This document shows, piece by piece, positions 38,440 through 51,235 of a stretch of DNA of 64,000 nt. Below the pieces are notes generated by a model. That model made no database searches. It had not been told where the DNA came from and was given only the letters and a program-made list of their open reading frames with translations. How positions within the stretch are numbered: the stretch's first letter is position 1; each line of letters begins with the position of its first letter. The translations under genes and the position numbers were made by a program. This DNA comes from Isurus oxyrinchus (lineage: Eukaryota): assembly GCA_026770705.1 (NCBI GenBank), contig JANJGN010000034.1, positions 5,766,001 to 5,830,000 of the forward strand, given 5' to 3'.

Positions 38440-40200
38440 TGATGATGCAAATAGTGAAATCAAATGTAGGTCCCTTACCGACCACAATGCGAGAATTGAT
38501 GATGGACAACAAAGTAATGGCAAATCATTTAAACATTTGTTTGAGTTCTGTCTTCACGGTAACAGACACAAATAAGTTCCCAGAAATATTTGGTAGCCAA
38601 ACATCGGGCGTGGAAGAGTAATTGAAAAAACTTAGTTAAAAGCATGCACTGCAGAAACTATATAAATCCCCATGGCCTGATAATTTACACAACAGGGCAC
38701 CACAGGAAGCGACAATGTTCATTGTGACTCATCGGTATAATATACAGGTTCCGGAGTAGCACTGGCAGATTTGAGGATGCCACATGTATCCACAATAGGA
38801 AAAATGGATGGTGGAACAAAAACAGAGAACTTGTGACCAATTAACCAAACATCAGTAGTATGGAAAATCTCAGAGGCTATTTTAAGTGATGCAAAACAGG
38901 ACAGTTGGAAAATATCAGCGGGTTTAGACAAGGTCACCATAGATTAATGAAAGGAAATCATGCTTGAGAAGAATGCTGGATGTTTTATTGAGGATGTTAA
39001 TAGCAGAATAGTTAAAGATAACCAATAAGATCAGGTGTATTTGGACTTTCATAAAAAGTTTTTGAAGGAGTTCCACATTAGAGTTTAGTGTGCAAAATTA
39101 AAGCACGAGAGATCGGGGGTATAATATTGCCATGCGTTGAGCATTGGGTAGCAGATAGGAAACAGAGTGCATGAGTGATCAGTCCTTCGTTCTCAGCTGA
39201 TCACTATATATTTCAATGATTTGGATGAGGGAATCAAATGCAATATTTCCATGTTTGTTGACGGCACAAGACTCGGTGGGCATGTAAGTGATGTGGACGA
39301 CACTGAGAGGTGTCAATGCAATTTACAACGCATATGTGACTGTACAATTGCATGGTGCATGGAAAAAAAGCTGGATAAGTGCGATGTTAATTTGATAGGA
39401 GATGAGGTATGGCAACATATTATGTAAGTGGTGATAGATTGCATAGGGATATCTGGAGGGGCCTGCATGTCCTCATGCACCAGTCACTGAAATTTGGCAC
39501 TCAAGGGCTGTTAGCAGTTTGGAATACGACTGGTATGTCGGTCCTTATTGCACGATGATTTGGGTACAGGGGCAAGGAATCTCCACTGAATCTGTTCAGA
39601 TATTGGTGAGAACACACGTGGAATGTTGTGTGTTGTTACGTTATCCTTCCAAAATAACGGATATACCTGCCATAGAGGAAGTTCAGCCAAATTTCACTAG
39701 TCTGACCCTGGGTGGGCAGGATTGTCGTATGAGGAGAAATTGTGTCGTCCAGGCCTGTATTCACTGGAGTTAAGAAGAATAAGAATTGAGTGCATTGAAA
39801 CATATAAAGGTCGGACAAGGCTGGACAGACAGTAGGGGTGTTGTTTTTCCTGCCTTGAGGATCTGAAACAAGATACCACAATCTCAGGATACGGGATGAC
39901 CATTTAGGACTGATGTATGAGAGATGTATTTACTCAGAGAATTGGAAACCTGTGTAATTCCCCATCATAGATGCCCATGGAGACCAAGTCAAGAATATAT
40001 ATAAGAATGAATTAGATTGTTTTCTGTAAGGTCACTTACAGACAGCAATGCGAGAATTTAAAAACGGAGAAGAAGGTAATGGAAGGAGTCATGAGGTCAT
40101 TGAGTAGGGATCATGAGTGTGACATTGAAATAAATTGTCCACCATGACCATTCAATGGGAGAGCAGGTTTGAATGTCCGAATTGCCTACCCTACTCATGT
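38440..40200 (+). mobile_element. Degenerate CR1 ORF2/3' fragment
   Basis: MANHLNICLSSVFT, VYLDF and LDEGIKCNISMFVDGTRLGG (decayed FADDTKLGG) motifs. Confidence 0.85.
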
Positions 40201-40440
40201 TGCTTGATGCATTAGTTTTTAAGCAAGTACTCCTCATTGCCACCTCATTGTGCCAAACTCCCAATGTGAAAACAAAGAACTTCAATTGGCTTGTTATAAG
40301 GATGGGGTTGCAGTCTTCAACCAGTGTTTTTGAAATAACCACTGTTAAAGTCCCATATCCGTGTACAGTTCCTGTTGAAATTAATGCATATCAATAGGTA
40401 AGAATTGACCGCCAATATTCAATCCTGCACTACAGCAGCG

Positions 40441-40450
40441 GGCGGGGGGT

Positions 40451-40481
<31 letters not shown>

Positions 40482-40490
40482 GGCGGCGGC
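40441..40490 (+). repeat. (GT)n plus poly-G simple repeat
   Basis: Directly visible. Confidence 0.9.
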
Positions 40491-41468
40491 CGTGCGGTGG
40501 AGGGGGTTGCATGACATTTTTCAATGACACTAACACTTCATTAGTTCTTTTGGAAAATGAATTCCAACCATGATATTCAGCGAAGGCACATTTTGTTGTG
40601 GAAATAATAAAGGCGTCCAATGAAGCATGGAATAAGACTATTTTTAAGTGATAGTTGAACGAATGAATTTAAGATTACAGATATGGATGCCATGAAACAT
40701 AATCAGACTCTTTGCTAAAGACATAAATGAAGAAACAAAAAATTACCATTGAGTTTAATATCTGGAAGAGCTGAAATGAAAATCATGACTACTATATGAC
40801 AGAAATGTTTACACTAAGCTTGGAGCCTTCTGCACATACCGGGTCTCAGAAATCTAAAAAATGTGATAGAGGTATTGAAGCAGCTGCACAAACGAGTGAA
40901 AAGGATGTTATGAGTCTGATACCTCAGCACTGACAGAGAACTTAGATGAGATTTTTTTTTTTCATGTATTATTATGATTTTTTTCCGTGTAACAAAGATT
41001 AGTGAATAATTATTGGATGGAGCCATTGTAGGTTTTTAAATTCTTCCTGTGGTGCGCATACAGAAGGCACTGTCATTTATCCAGGAGCCAAACACTACAG
41101 TTTCTTGCAAATACAGGACAAGAAACGTGCTCATCCAACGCCTGGCTAGCACATCGAAATTGTTACCTCGAGGAATAGTTGATACATATAACATAGACGA
41201 ATTCGAGACAATCGATAAAAATATGGCATATGTTAGGAACAGAAATGTATTTTGATAGAGTGACCACATACGCAAAAACCTTGTTGCTACGAAAATACTT
41301 CCATAAAACCACTGTAGAAAACTTGATTCTATGATGTACGAGCTATGATTGGCATGATCTGTGCCAGGTGGAATGGTAGAGTGAACCAAACGTTGCATTG
41401 TAAATTCAGCATTCATTGAGGTACTATTCCTTGTAAACTGTCAAAACCAATGTTTTGCTCAATTGCAG

Positions 41469-41495
41469 AAAAAGAATTGAAAGCAAAAGACGGCG
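41469..41495 (+). CDS. 27-nt phase 1-1 micro-exon, (E)KELKAKDG
   Basis: Acceptor ttttgctcaattgcag, donor gtaatc. Confidence 0.8.
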
Positions 41496-41874
41496 GTAAT
41501 CACTTTGAGACTGATTGTGCCTTGCTAAATATCAACAAATAAGATTCTTAAGTTCCACATTATGCTCAGAGTGGAAGAGATTCCAAACCACAGAGTGAAG
41601 GAATTACGATAACCTATTGCCATAATTTCCAGCAATGGCGCCATATTTCAAGCCCTCACCTTCGTGCAAATTTGCTTTTGAGTGCACGGTCCACTCCAGA
41701 GACTAGAGTTGAAATTGATGGTTTGCCGATAAATTGGATGTTTCAGAATTCTGTTAAAGCAACTCTAATGTGTCCTATGAATTGGATTTAAAAGAACAGG
41801 TGTGATCAACTGTAACTTTTTTTCTTGGCAAAATTTGCCATTCAATTAAGGCAACAGTTGATCTTGTCATTATA

Positions 41875-41990
41875 TAAAAGCAGAACAACTGAAGATGTTC
41901 GAGGTCTTAACGTAAAACAGAAAATGCTGAACATGTTCAGCAGGTCAGGAAGCAGCAATGGAATGAGAAACTGATATTACGTTTCAATCA
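41875..41990 (-). mobile_element. Short Penelope pLTR-derived element
   Basis: aaaacagaaaatgctgaacatgttcagcaggtcaggaagcagc resembles 57218-57262. Confidence 0.55.
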
Positions 41991-42262
41991 ATCGGCATTA
42001 TGTTCTCAGTGCAAAACGTTAGATTTCCAACAGGCTATCATCAAAAGTATTACGGGGATTTATTCAATGTTGCAGTGCTGTTCGTGGGACCTTACTTTCT
42101 AACTTTGCTGCCAAATGTTCTGTATTATAGCAGCGATGACATTTCAAAACACCTGCTTCTTGTAATTATAGCCCTTGACGAAGCAACGAGACCTATGCAA
42201 ATGTGTTCATTTGATGGTCGTCAAAATAACATTGCTGAAACCTTTCGTTTTCTTCATTACAG

Positions 42263-42298
42263 TACTGAATGAATGCAAAAAATCTTTAGAAGATTTAG
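42263..42298 (+). CDS. 36-nt phase 1-1 micro-exon, (V)LNECKKSLEDL
   Basis: Acceptor tttcgttttcttcattacag, donor gtgaga. Confidence 0.82.
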
Positions 42299-45200
42299 GT
42301 GAGAACATATTTTTGCATCTTCAAAACATTAACAATGTTGCAACTCTAGAAATTTGACTCGACAGGAACACAAAATGTTCGGTATTCCTTCAGCCTCGCA
42401 CCATTTGACAGCATGGTGCTGAAAACAATTCCGCTCAATGGTCTCCATGCTTTCTCCACAAATATCATTTTGTAGCAGCTCATTACACATTCACTACTTG
42501 ATTCTGGTGACTAATATTCTCCGGAATCTCTGCTCGCTCATATTCCGGACCAACTATTGGCGGTAATTTTGATCTCTCTTACAAGGAAATAAGTAAACAG
42601 GAGTTGAGGAGCATGGTTATAATAAGCGATAGAACTGATACCACCAGGTTTGTTGAAATGCACAAGGGAATGTGCACTGGATGATTCACAGAGACCCAAA
42701 GGAAGTTGATCAAGGTTTGCCTTAACAATGCACTTAAATGAGTTTGCAATATAAACTGTAAGATCAGGATTCTGCAGAACAGACTTATTTCCTTCAACCA
42801 TGCAATAACATACCTTGGAAAATTGTAACTAAGAAGCGGCAATACAATTGTAGTGATGTTTGCTGATCTACTTTCATTGATAAAGCTTCTGACTGGCTAA
42901 TATTAGAAACTGTTGGTATAAATTCGCCACAAACAACTATGACCCATTAGAGCTTACTGAGAAGGAAGAGTTCCTCCAATATGGGGATGATGATCTACGT
43001 TGTAAAGTTAACATAACTTTAATTGAACATTACCGTTCCTTTAATATCCTGTCCCGCACTTCCATGATATTTAAAAAACGTCTGTCTAGTTTTGTTGCTA
43101 CATGACTTTTTCACATTTGTTCATTGTTAACCTGATTATCCAGTTTGTGCAGATTTTATTTTGATTTCTGTCGCACATATTCAAGTGTGCAAAATCTCCT
43201 AATGAAAGGTCCTCAGTAGAAGATACTTACCAGGATATACAACAAGAAATTAAGAAGGGGGGTTTTTATTTAAAGAACCATGCAAATATGGAAATAGTGA
43301 TCGCAGGGAATAGTTGAAGGCAATCGCTTACACAATCAAACATAATACTAGATATGATTCTGAGGGAGACCTTTTTTGTATCCATGGGAGATGAGCGCCG
43401 CTGGCGAGGCAAGTATTTATTGTCCATGACATATTCCCTTGAGAACGGTGTAGTGACATGCCTTCTTGCACCACTGCAGTCCATGAGTTGACTTTGAAGA
43501 AATGGCGATGCATTTCCATGGCATTAGTTGAGTGGTTTGGAGAGGAATTTCCAGATGGTAGAGTTCACATGTGCCTGCTGCCTTTTTTTTCCATCTGCAT
43601 GGTGATGGTGTCGTGGTACTGCCGTTGTCATTTCCGGTGCCTAGGTCGAGGCATTGCAGTGCATTAGGTTCCTTTCGAACACTTGTAGGTATTTAGTGAA
43701 CCAGCAGGTGTATGGCGATTTTTTGGTCATTCGTAGACTTTTGAATTTACGATTTTATTAAATTTAGCATCTCTCATCCTCCCAGATCATTGCACTGGCC
43801 TTGGGATAACAAGTCCAGCCACCATAACACCAGGCCACCGCATGATGCCATAGATTGCTACAATGAATGTTTTTGATGAGGAAGTATGGAAAGTGGGTGG
43901 AGTAAAGCATAAAAGCTGTCGTGCATAGGAGCAGCGAAATGCGCCATTTCTGAGCCTTATCATCCTTCGTAATCACATGAATGCTCAACCAGAGAGAACG
44001 ATAATTATAGTGACAAGTAGTAACTATTCCATGCCAGTACGTCATCGGACATATCATCGTATTATTGCAGTGAAATTGGTCGCTAAGTAACTGATTTGCC
44101 TTTGACATTTACCCTTAAGTAACGCAGGTGTGCTCCAGATGTTTTGAACTGCCCGCATACCTTATTGTATAAACATTGGTGATGATGTCGTATTTGGCAC
44201 CACGTTGTCACACCCCACAACAAAAAGCAGCAAGGAGGAAACGCCGTCGATCGTCGTCCCCATTGCCCCACCCCCCCAAAATCCCTCCCCCCTCGCTGGT
44301 CCTCACCAGGCCCACCCCAACCCACCCCAGGCCTGCCCATTGACAAATTAATTCCCAACCACGTTCCACTCGGGCCTCCACTACACACGCCACCATGAAA
44401 GCCCCAAAACTTAGCTGTCCCTGGAATCCCTGGAGATGTGCTTTCGGGATCACAGACAGTCCAATTCCTGTCGACAGCAAACTTGTGGTGCTTCAGGGAC
44501 TAGAGAGCTGGCAGAAAGCAGATTGGCTGGAAGCTCTCTAAGCTGGGGACTTCTTCGAAGAAAGGAGAAGAAGTTCTGCTTACAATCAATACAAGCCCAT
44601 GACAGCTTGAAATGGAGGTAATCTCAGCGGGGATGTGTTCGCTGCCAACTGTTTGCACAGTAGGAGAAGAAACCATGCAAGCCTAAAGATCCTGGCCATT
44701 AATCCTCAACTGCTTGCAACTAACAATAAAACAGAATACAGGTAGAACTGCGTAACATTTACATTATAATTACAGTCCACGTGATTCACCTGCACTGCCA
44801 GCAATTGTGCTCCGCACCGAAATCGTCTAACCTACTTAATCGATCACGAACTGTTACCTTTGATCTTTTTCCTTCTGTTATCCATTCACGAGTTTAAACA
44901 AATTAATAACACAAGTTTGCGCCATTAAATGTGGTTGCGATTTCTACGTTCTCAACAGAATCTGGGAAAAAGGCATAACTGCTTCGACCTCCATGGGGTT
45001 TATAGTTAAACGTGCAGATGTGGCTCCTATAACTTATTATTTATGCAAAAGGTTTGGCAGAAATCCTTGCTCCCTTTTCGACAGTAAATAACAACGTAAA
45101 TATCGTGTTTCCCGAATTATTCTCGCATCTCAGCTCATGTATCAGAAATGCCCATCATTTATGAACGTGAAAAGAAAAGGTTACCCGGACTTAATGAGAT

Positions 45201-45671
45201 CGACAGACCAGAATATTCACATTCGGTTGGTTTTAAAGCAGATGAATAATATGATGTCATTACCGTTGGCTCAGCTGCTACTCAACAGGCGAATTTGTAT
45301 TGTATTTCGTTGTTCACTATAGTCAAATTATTTTTTTCTATCCAGCTCTGAATTTAAGCCATTGATGTTTATACTAACAAACATGTACCGCCAAATGCCA
45401 TTGAGAACCAATTCAAAGCAGACAGGCATATATGACGCAAATATTCTATTCATTACCTAAATTCTGTAGTATGACTGCATTCAAGCGGACAATTGCCAAG
45501 CTACAGAAATGCTGAAGTTCACAGAATTGTATTCTGGAGCAATCCTAAAGCCGCTACATGCCACGCGTTATAAATTGGCAGTGGCATCCCGTGCCGAAAT
45601 ATTTGTTTGTGTTCGTGTTGTTTGGCAATGTACCGTCGTGCTAGCAAGTTAAATCATTTGGTCTTTTTCAG

Positions 45672-45698
45672 AACAAAAGCTAAAAGCAAAAGAGGACG
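45672..45698 (+). CDS. 27-nt phase 1-1 micro-exon, (E)QKLKAKED
   Basis: Acceptor ggtctttttcag, donor gtaatt. Confidence 0.82.
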
Positions 45699-46296
45699 GT
45701 AATTCATTTTCTATATACCTGTAGACCGATATTTTAGCGGGCAGAATGCTGCTGCCCCTAATTTGCAGGGCCGAACACTGAGGCATGACATTTAATCAAA
45801 TTAAGGTATTGCCATGGATATGTTAACTGTAGCTTAGTTGACCCTGCAATGGAGGTTGTATCTAGAAGGCAGGGTCAAGGGAAAAATTGCAATATATAGG
45901 ATGACAACGATATGCTAGTCTGAGGCAGTGCAGCTCTCTGGCAGTTGCAATTACTTATTTCCAGGCTTACACGTTAATCAGGGTCTCACTTTTTTTCTCC
46001 CCAGTGAACATATAAGATCCCATGGCTCACCTTTGAGGGAGGGCAGGAATATTGTTCGGTGGTGATCTGGCTAACAATTCTCCTTCATGCAACAAGGCAA
46101 AAGCAGATGGCCTGCTAATCCCTGTATGCTTCTTGTTATTGCCTCCGGTTCTGTGGAATAGAGTAAGCCACATTCCCACCACAAAAATACCATAGCTTCT
46201 CAAAAGTACGTGGCTGTTAAGTCAGGATGTTTTAGATCTTTAAATGCATGTCTAAAATGAAGTAGCTGTTTAATGAGCACATTTGTTTCATTACAG

Positions 46297-46332
46297 AACT
46301 CATCATTTGCCAGGAAGATCTAAAGGACTTGG
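46297..46332 (+). CDS. 36-nt phase 1-1 micro-exon, (E)LIICQEDLKDL
   Basis: Acceptor tttgtttcattacag, donor gtgcga; 598-nt intron after the exon at 45672. Confidence 0.78.
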
Positions 46333-46724
46333 GTGCGAAAAAGAAAATGTTCACTTCCAAATTCATGTATGGTTACCATTAGAGGGTTTCGCCTTGTACA
46401 GCAATAACGGGCGCATCACATTTCTCTTTCTGCGCCGCCTATGGCCCATTAACAGTTCGTTATATTGAAGGCTTCCCTACCAAATCGAAGGCATCAGTAG
46501 AATTTAGAATACAAAGCTAGCCGACGCGAGACACTTGCATTTCACACAAACTATACTCCAAACAAACCCATTCACAATCTACTTCATCAATTCCATTAAA
46601 GTCATTTTTTTTCAATGCACTACTTCAGTCGGTCCCACTTAAAAGCACCAATCATTAAATCTGAAAATGAACTGTACATTTTCAGCATTTCTGTCGAAAA
46701 GAACGATTCCAGAAACACTATTAG

Positions 46725-47520
46725 GCCATAAGACTTAGGAGCAGAAGTCGACCATTCGACCCATTGAACCGGGTCCGCCTTTCAATGAGACCATGGCTGA
46801 TCTGATAATCCTTAATTTCAATGTCCTTCTTTTCCATTTTAACTCTTGATACCCTTATTGATTAAAAACCTGTCTGCATCAGCCTTGCATATGCTGAGCT
46901 ATCCAGCCTCTATAGCCCTCTGCAGTAATGAATTCCACAGATACACGACCATTTATGAGAAGGAATTAATCCTTATCTCTGACTTAAAAAGGCGATCCCT
47001 AAATCTGAAATTGTGCTTTCTGGTCAAAACTCTCTCACAAGGGGAAGCCCTTTCAGCATCTCCCCCCTCAAGCCCTCTAAGAATCTTAAATGATTCAGTA
47101 AGGTCGCCTGTATTTTTTCTGAAGTCCACTGACTTCAGGACGACCCTACTCAAACTCACAACATGAGAAAATCTCTCCATGCCAGGGAACAACTTGTTGA
47201 ATCTTCTCTAGAATGCCTCCAATGCCCCTATATCATTCCTTGGATAAGGCAGCCAAAATTGTTCAAAGCATTCTGTTTATTTTCTAACTACTGCCTTGCC
47301 TAGTTTTAGCAAGGCTTCCCTATTTTCATACTTCATTGGCTTAGCATTAAAGGCCAACATTCCATTTGTCATCGCTTTTACCTACTGAATTCGTATGCTA
47401 GGTTTTTGTTACTCATGCACAAGGACCCCTAAATCCCTCCGTGCTGAAACTTTCTACAGTCTTTCTCGATTTAAATAATAGGCGTTTTTCTATTCTTCCT
47501 GACAAAGCGTAGAACCTGGA
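46725..47520 (-). mobile_element. CR1 3' fragment
   Basis: Minus-strand PGMERFSH...GDLTESFKILRGLE...FKSEIRINSFS; tail cataagacttaggagcagaag. Confidence 0.85.
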
Positions 47521-48221
47521 TTAATTGGAGAATATAACACAACATTGGTGGTTATATTTCATCGTTATTTACTGCATACCTCTTTTCAAAATATAGCGTC
47601 CTTTCTTGCAAAAAAAAAATGTGAAAGCCATGTCCGCCTTTCCATTTTCATCTTGCATCTCAGGTCCTGTATCAGAAGTGTCAATCATCTTTTCACCTGG
47701 CATAAAATGCATTGACGGTCTTTGTATGATACAGGTGTCATTTACTTACTTTGTGCCTTACGAGAGGTATACAGGTGACTGATGCTATTACCCAAGAGTT
47801 GCATGCTACTGAGCAACTGAATCTGTAGCTCAGTGTCTACTGTGGCGAAATTAAATTATAAACAGACATGAAGTTGCGCCATTGATGAATATGGATGCAA
47901 GCACAAGCCGCCCAACAGTATTAATCTGCCAAGAAATAAATCAGTGTAGGAAAAGGTAAATGACGTAAAAGTTCAAATGAGATCTTATGTTCGCAATTAA
48001 TGGCTGCATTCATGTGGAAAATTGCATAAGTTTAAAGATGCTTCTTCCACGCTAGTGTGAGCGGGTGGAACCATCAAACCTCCGGATGTTGAGCTTTCGG
48101 AGTTGGCAATGACATGGCCTTTCGAGAAATGACACCGAAATATAAGTTGCTGCATACTTTCAAGATATTAGAAAAATTATCACCAATGCATTTGAAAATG
48201 AAATTATTCGGTCTCTTTCAG

Positions 48222-48248
48222 AGAAAAAGTTGACATCGAAAGATGACG
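48222..48248 (+). CDS. 27-nt phase 1-1 micro-exon, (E)KKLTSKDD
   Basis: Acceptor ggtctctttcag, donor gtagtt; flanks homologous to those of the exon at 45672. Confidence 0.75.
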
Positions 48249-48866
48249 GTAGTTCATTTCGAATTTCTCTTTGAACAAATGTCCTTGTGCACAAGATGTT
48301 TTCGCCCCTACTTTTCAGGACTGCATGCGGATACATGGCAGTGAATGAAATTGCGGCAGGTTGTTGTGTTTGCCTGTATCATGTGCGTTAGCTTTAGCTT
48401 AGTTGTTTTGCCTGCTGCTATGGAGGATCTACCTTCAAGGATCAGGCAAATGAATTGAAAGCACATATAGCAATGCAATGCTAGTGCTAAGGCAGTGCAC
48501 CAATCTTCAAGTTGACTTATTCTTCAATACAACGTTAATTTGAGGCTCAGTTTTTTTTTTCTGTCATTTGTGTGTGAGATGTTCCGTTTCTCAGTTTTGA
48601 ACAAGGGATAGAAAGCTTTATACTGGTAATCTGGGCAATCACAAAATTTTCAAGCACCAAACCATTGGTTATTATGTAGTCAATCCAGTACAGCAAAATG
48701 TCATTTTTTAAATCTTACACCGTGGCATTTAGGTGCCTACCATAAAACCTCTAAGCAGCCTCGTCTTGAAAAAAAGGTGGCTGTGCTCTATAAAGGTTTA
48801 TTATTTTAAACACGCTATCCAAAATGTAAGCTGTTCTATTTGAATGTGAGCGTTACTTTCTGCCAG

Positions 48867-48902
48867 AACACAGCAAATGTGAAGAAGAGCTAGGACGCAT
48901 AG
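48867..48902 (+). pseudogene. 36-nt class exon with lost donor, (E)HSKCEEELGRI
   Basis: Acceptor ttactttctgccag; Cys5 and Leu9 conserved; at the expected distance (618 nt) after 48248; followed by aaggaa instead of gt. Confidence 0.6.
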
Positions 48903-49955
48903 AAGGAATAATGCCAAAGCACAATCTTCCAAATTTTGAGAGGTTACAAAGTATTGCCCGCCATTTTGTTTTAAACACCCCTGCTATGGCCGATTGATAC
49001 TTAGCCATATTGAAGGATAGCCAGTGAAACGTGAGGCGGCAGATTTTCATAGAATTTACATCATAATGTGTGTCAGTGCAATTGTTTGCCAGGAATACTA
49101 CACCACACCAAGCTCCTCTAATACCATTAACATAATATTCTATTCATGTCTCCTTGCACTGTTTCACTAGCTCATCTGTAAAAGCGTCATTATTGTCTTT
49201 CTCAGGCAGTAAGTGTCCTAGTTAGCTTTACATTCTCTTGAGTGCCTGGGGCTACAAGCTTCTGCTGAGTGTTAAATTGATTGAATGCTTTATGGTTACG
49301 GCTGTTGTATTTTATGATGTTTTCACAACTCTGTCAACTCTAGAATAATTCTGTAAGGAACACGTCTATTCCAATTTCACTTTTCCCCAATATTTTCCAA
49401 TTATAATTCATATATCAGAAATATCAAAATTTGTGTGCACCCGATAAGTGTACGTATAAGTGATACAGGAACCAGCATATGCACATTATAGAAGGCTGGA
49501 ATCATAGAGGTTGGCTCATGTGTTTGTCTTTTGCTCAAATACTACTCAACATCGAACGCATTCTTGTTGTCTGCACTAGAAAAATAAATAATCCGCCAGG
49601 CTCGAAGTGAACGTACTGGTTAATATATTATAAAACATATGGAGGCCAATACAATGATATCCAATTTCAAAGTCCGTGTCGAGAGCAACATATCACGCAA
49701 ATATTCAATTCAAATCCCATATGCAGCACTAATCGTTACATTCGAGTGAAGGTTTGGAACAGTGTAAAAATACTGACCTCAGTGAAAATGTAAGCAGGCG
49801 AGATGATAATGCCACTGGATGATCTGCGTTCTGAATTGGCAGTGTCCTGTGATCGAAAGTAATTAGGCTAAAACATGAATTGCTCTGCACTTACGACATG
49901 TTTGGCAACACTATTCCAGAGGTATTTTCAAATAAAATGATTTAGTCTTTTGCAG

Positions 49956-49982
49956 GAGAAAAAATGAAATCAATAGAGGACC
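49956..49982 (+). CDS. 27-nt class micro-exon with GC donor, (G)EKMKSIED (possibly a pseudo-exon)
   Basis: Acceptor gtcttttgcag; downstream gcatttcattttc aligns with gtaattcattttc after 45698. Confidence 0.5.
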
Positions 49983-50289
49983 GCATTTCATTTTCAAATT
50001 ATCTTTTGACATTTGGCTTTGACCTCAATATGTTACTAGTTTGCAGGAATGCATAACCAGTCATTAATATTAATTAAGTTGAGAATGTCGGATGTTTTAT
50101 TCCGATTTCTGTTAGCTTCAGCTTAGTTGCTCTATGTTTTGACTTCTGCTATGGAGGTTGTGTCTTGAAGGCATAGGAAAAGAGGTTGGGTACAGGAAAC
50201 CTGTAAATGTTGCGTTCTGTAACTCTTTCAAGTACAAACACACTTCCATCTGTTTCAGATAAAGTTATATTGTCTCATAGTTTACTATT

Positions 50290-50350
50290 GCGAGATTTGA
50301 ACTCTTGATCTTGCGGTTACAAACCCAGTACCATGACCACTTGGCTATTT
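50290..50350 (-). mobile_element. tRNA-derived SINE head / tRNA-like remnant
   Basis: Reverse complement has A box tagccaagtgg and B box gagttcaaatc; no convincing acceptor stem. Confidence 0.5.
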
Positions 50351-50711
50351 AGGCCAAGTCCTTGCGCTCTGTAGTTGACTTTACTTGGATACGAAGTTAA
50401 TTGGGTCACAGTTTTCGCATATAAAAGACCCAATGGCCCAAAATTGAGAAAAGGAAGGAAAGATTTCCGTTGCTATCCTGCACGATGTCATTCTTTAATG
50501 CACAACACAAAAAAAATGTTACTTGTTCATCCTCACATTCATTTTTTTTTTGGACATTGCTCTGCGCAATTTTGTGGCGCTCGTCACAGCCTCACAACGG
50601 CCACACCTTAACAAAAGTGGTTGAGTTTATTGGATGAAATTTACTGCCTTTAAGATCACTATGAAAAGCAACATGTTGTTTCATGCGAACGTGTGTTTTA
50701 CTGCACGCCAG

Positions 50712-50744
50712 AGCTCACTAAATCCAAAGAAGTGAAGCATTTTG
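50712..50744 (+). CDS. 33-nt variant of the 36-nt micro-exon, (E/Q)LTKSKEVKHF
   Basis: Acceptor ttttactgcacgccag, donor gtgaga; one codon shorter, frame preserved. Confidence 0.7.
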
Positions 50745-51094
50745 GTGAGAAAAAGGGAACTGCTGTCTTCGAAACTCTTGCACCATTAGAGGGATAATAA
50801 TTCCACTCGGAGTGCAACGTACTGCAGGTCAGATATTTTCGCTCACCCTATGGCCATTTGATAGTCAGTGATATTGCAGAATGTTAAACAAATAAGAAGC
50901 CATCATATTTAGTACTGAATTGAAATCATATCACGATACGATTTCAAGTGACTTAACTGCACATTAGCAAGAATCAAGGCGCACATAAGCCAAATCTCTC
51001 GTGAGCTCCCAAATATCCCTGACCATTTTTTCTTTAAATGCTTCATGACATCTCAACAGCAGTATAAAAACCATTACATTTCAATCTCTCATCA

Positions 51095-51235
51095 GTGCCG
51101 AAGGCTTCATATAGACTCAATTGGATGAACATGTTTGTCTCTCCACAGATTCCGCCAGCCTTGCTGATATTTGTTTTTCAGAATTATTTGTCTTTATTTA
51201 CGAATTTAGACATCCGCACTATTTTCCTTTCTTTT
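51095..51235 (+). mobile_element. Short Penelope pLTR-derived element
   Basis: ctctccacagattccgccagccttgctgatatt...catccgcactatttt resembles 58188-58275. Confidence 0.55.

Noticed and set aside
50290-50350. Functional tRNA gene
   Set aside because: A and B boxes are present but there is no complete cloverleaf; it fits a SINE head.
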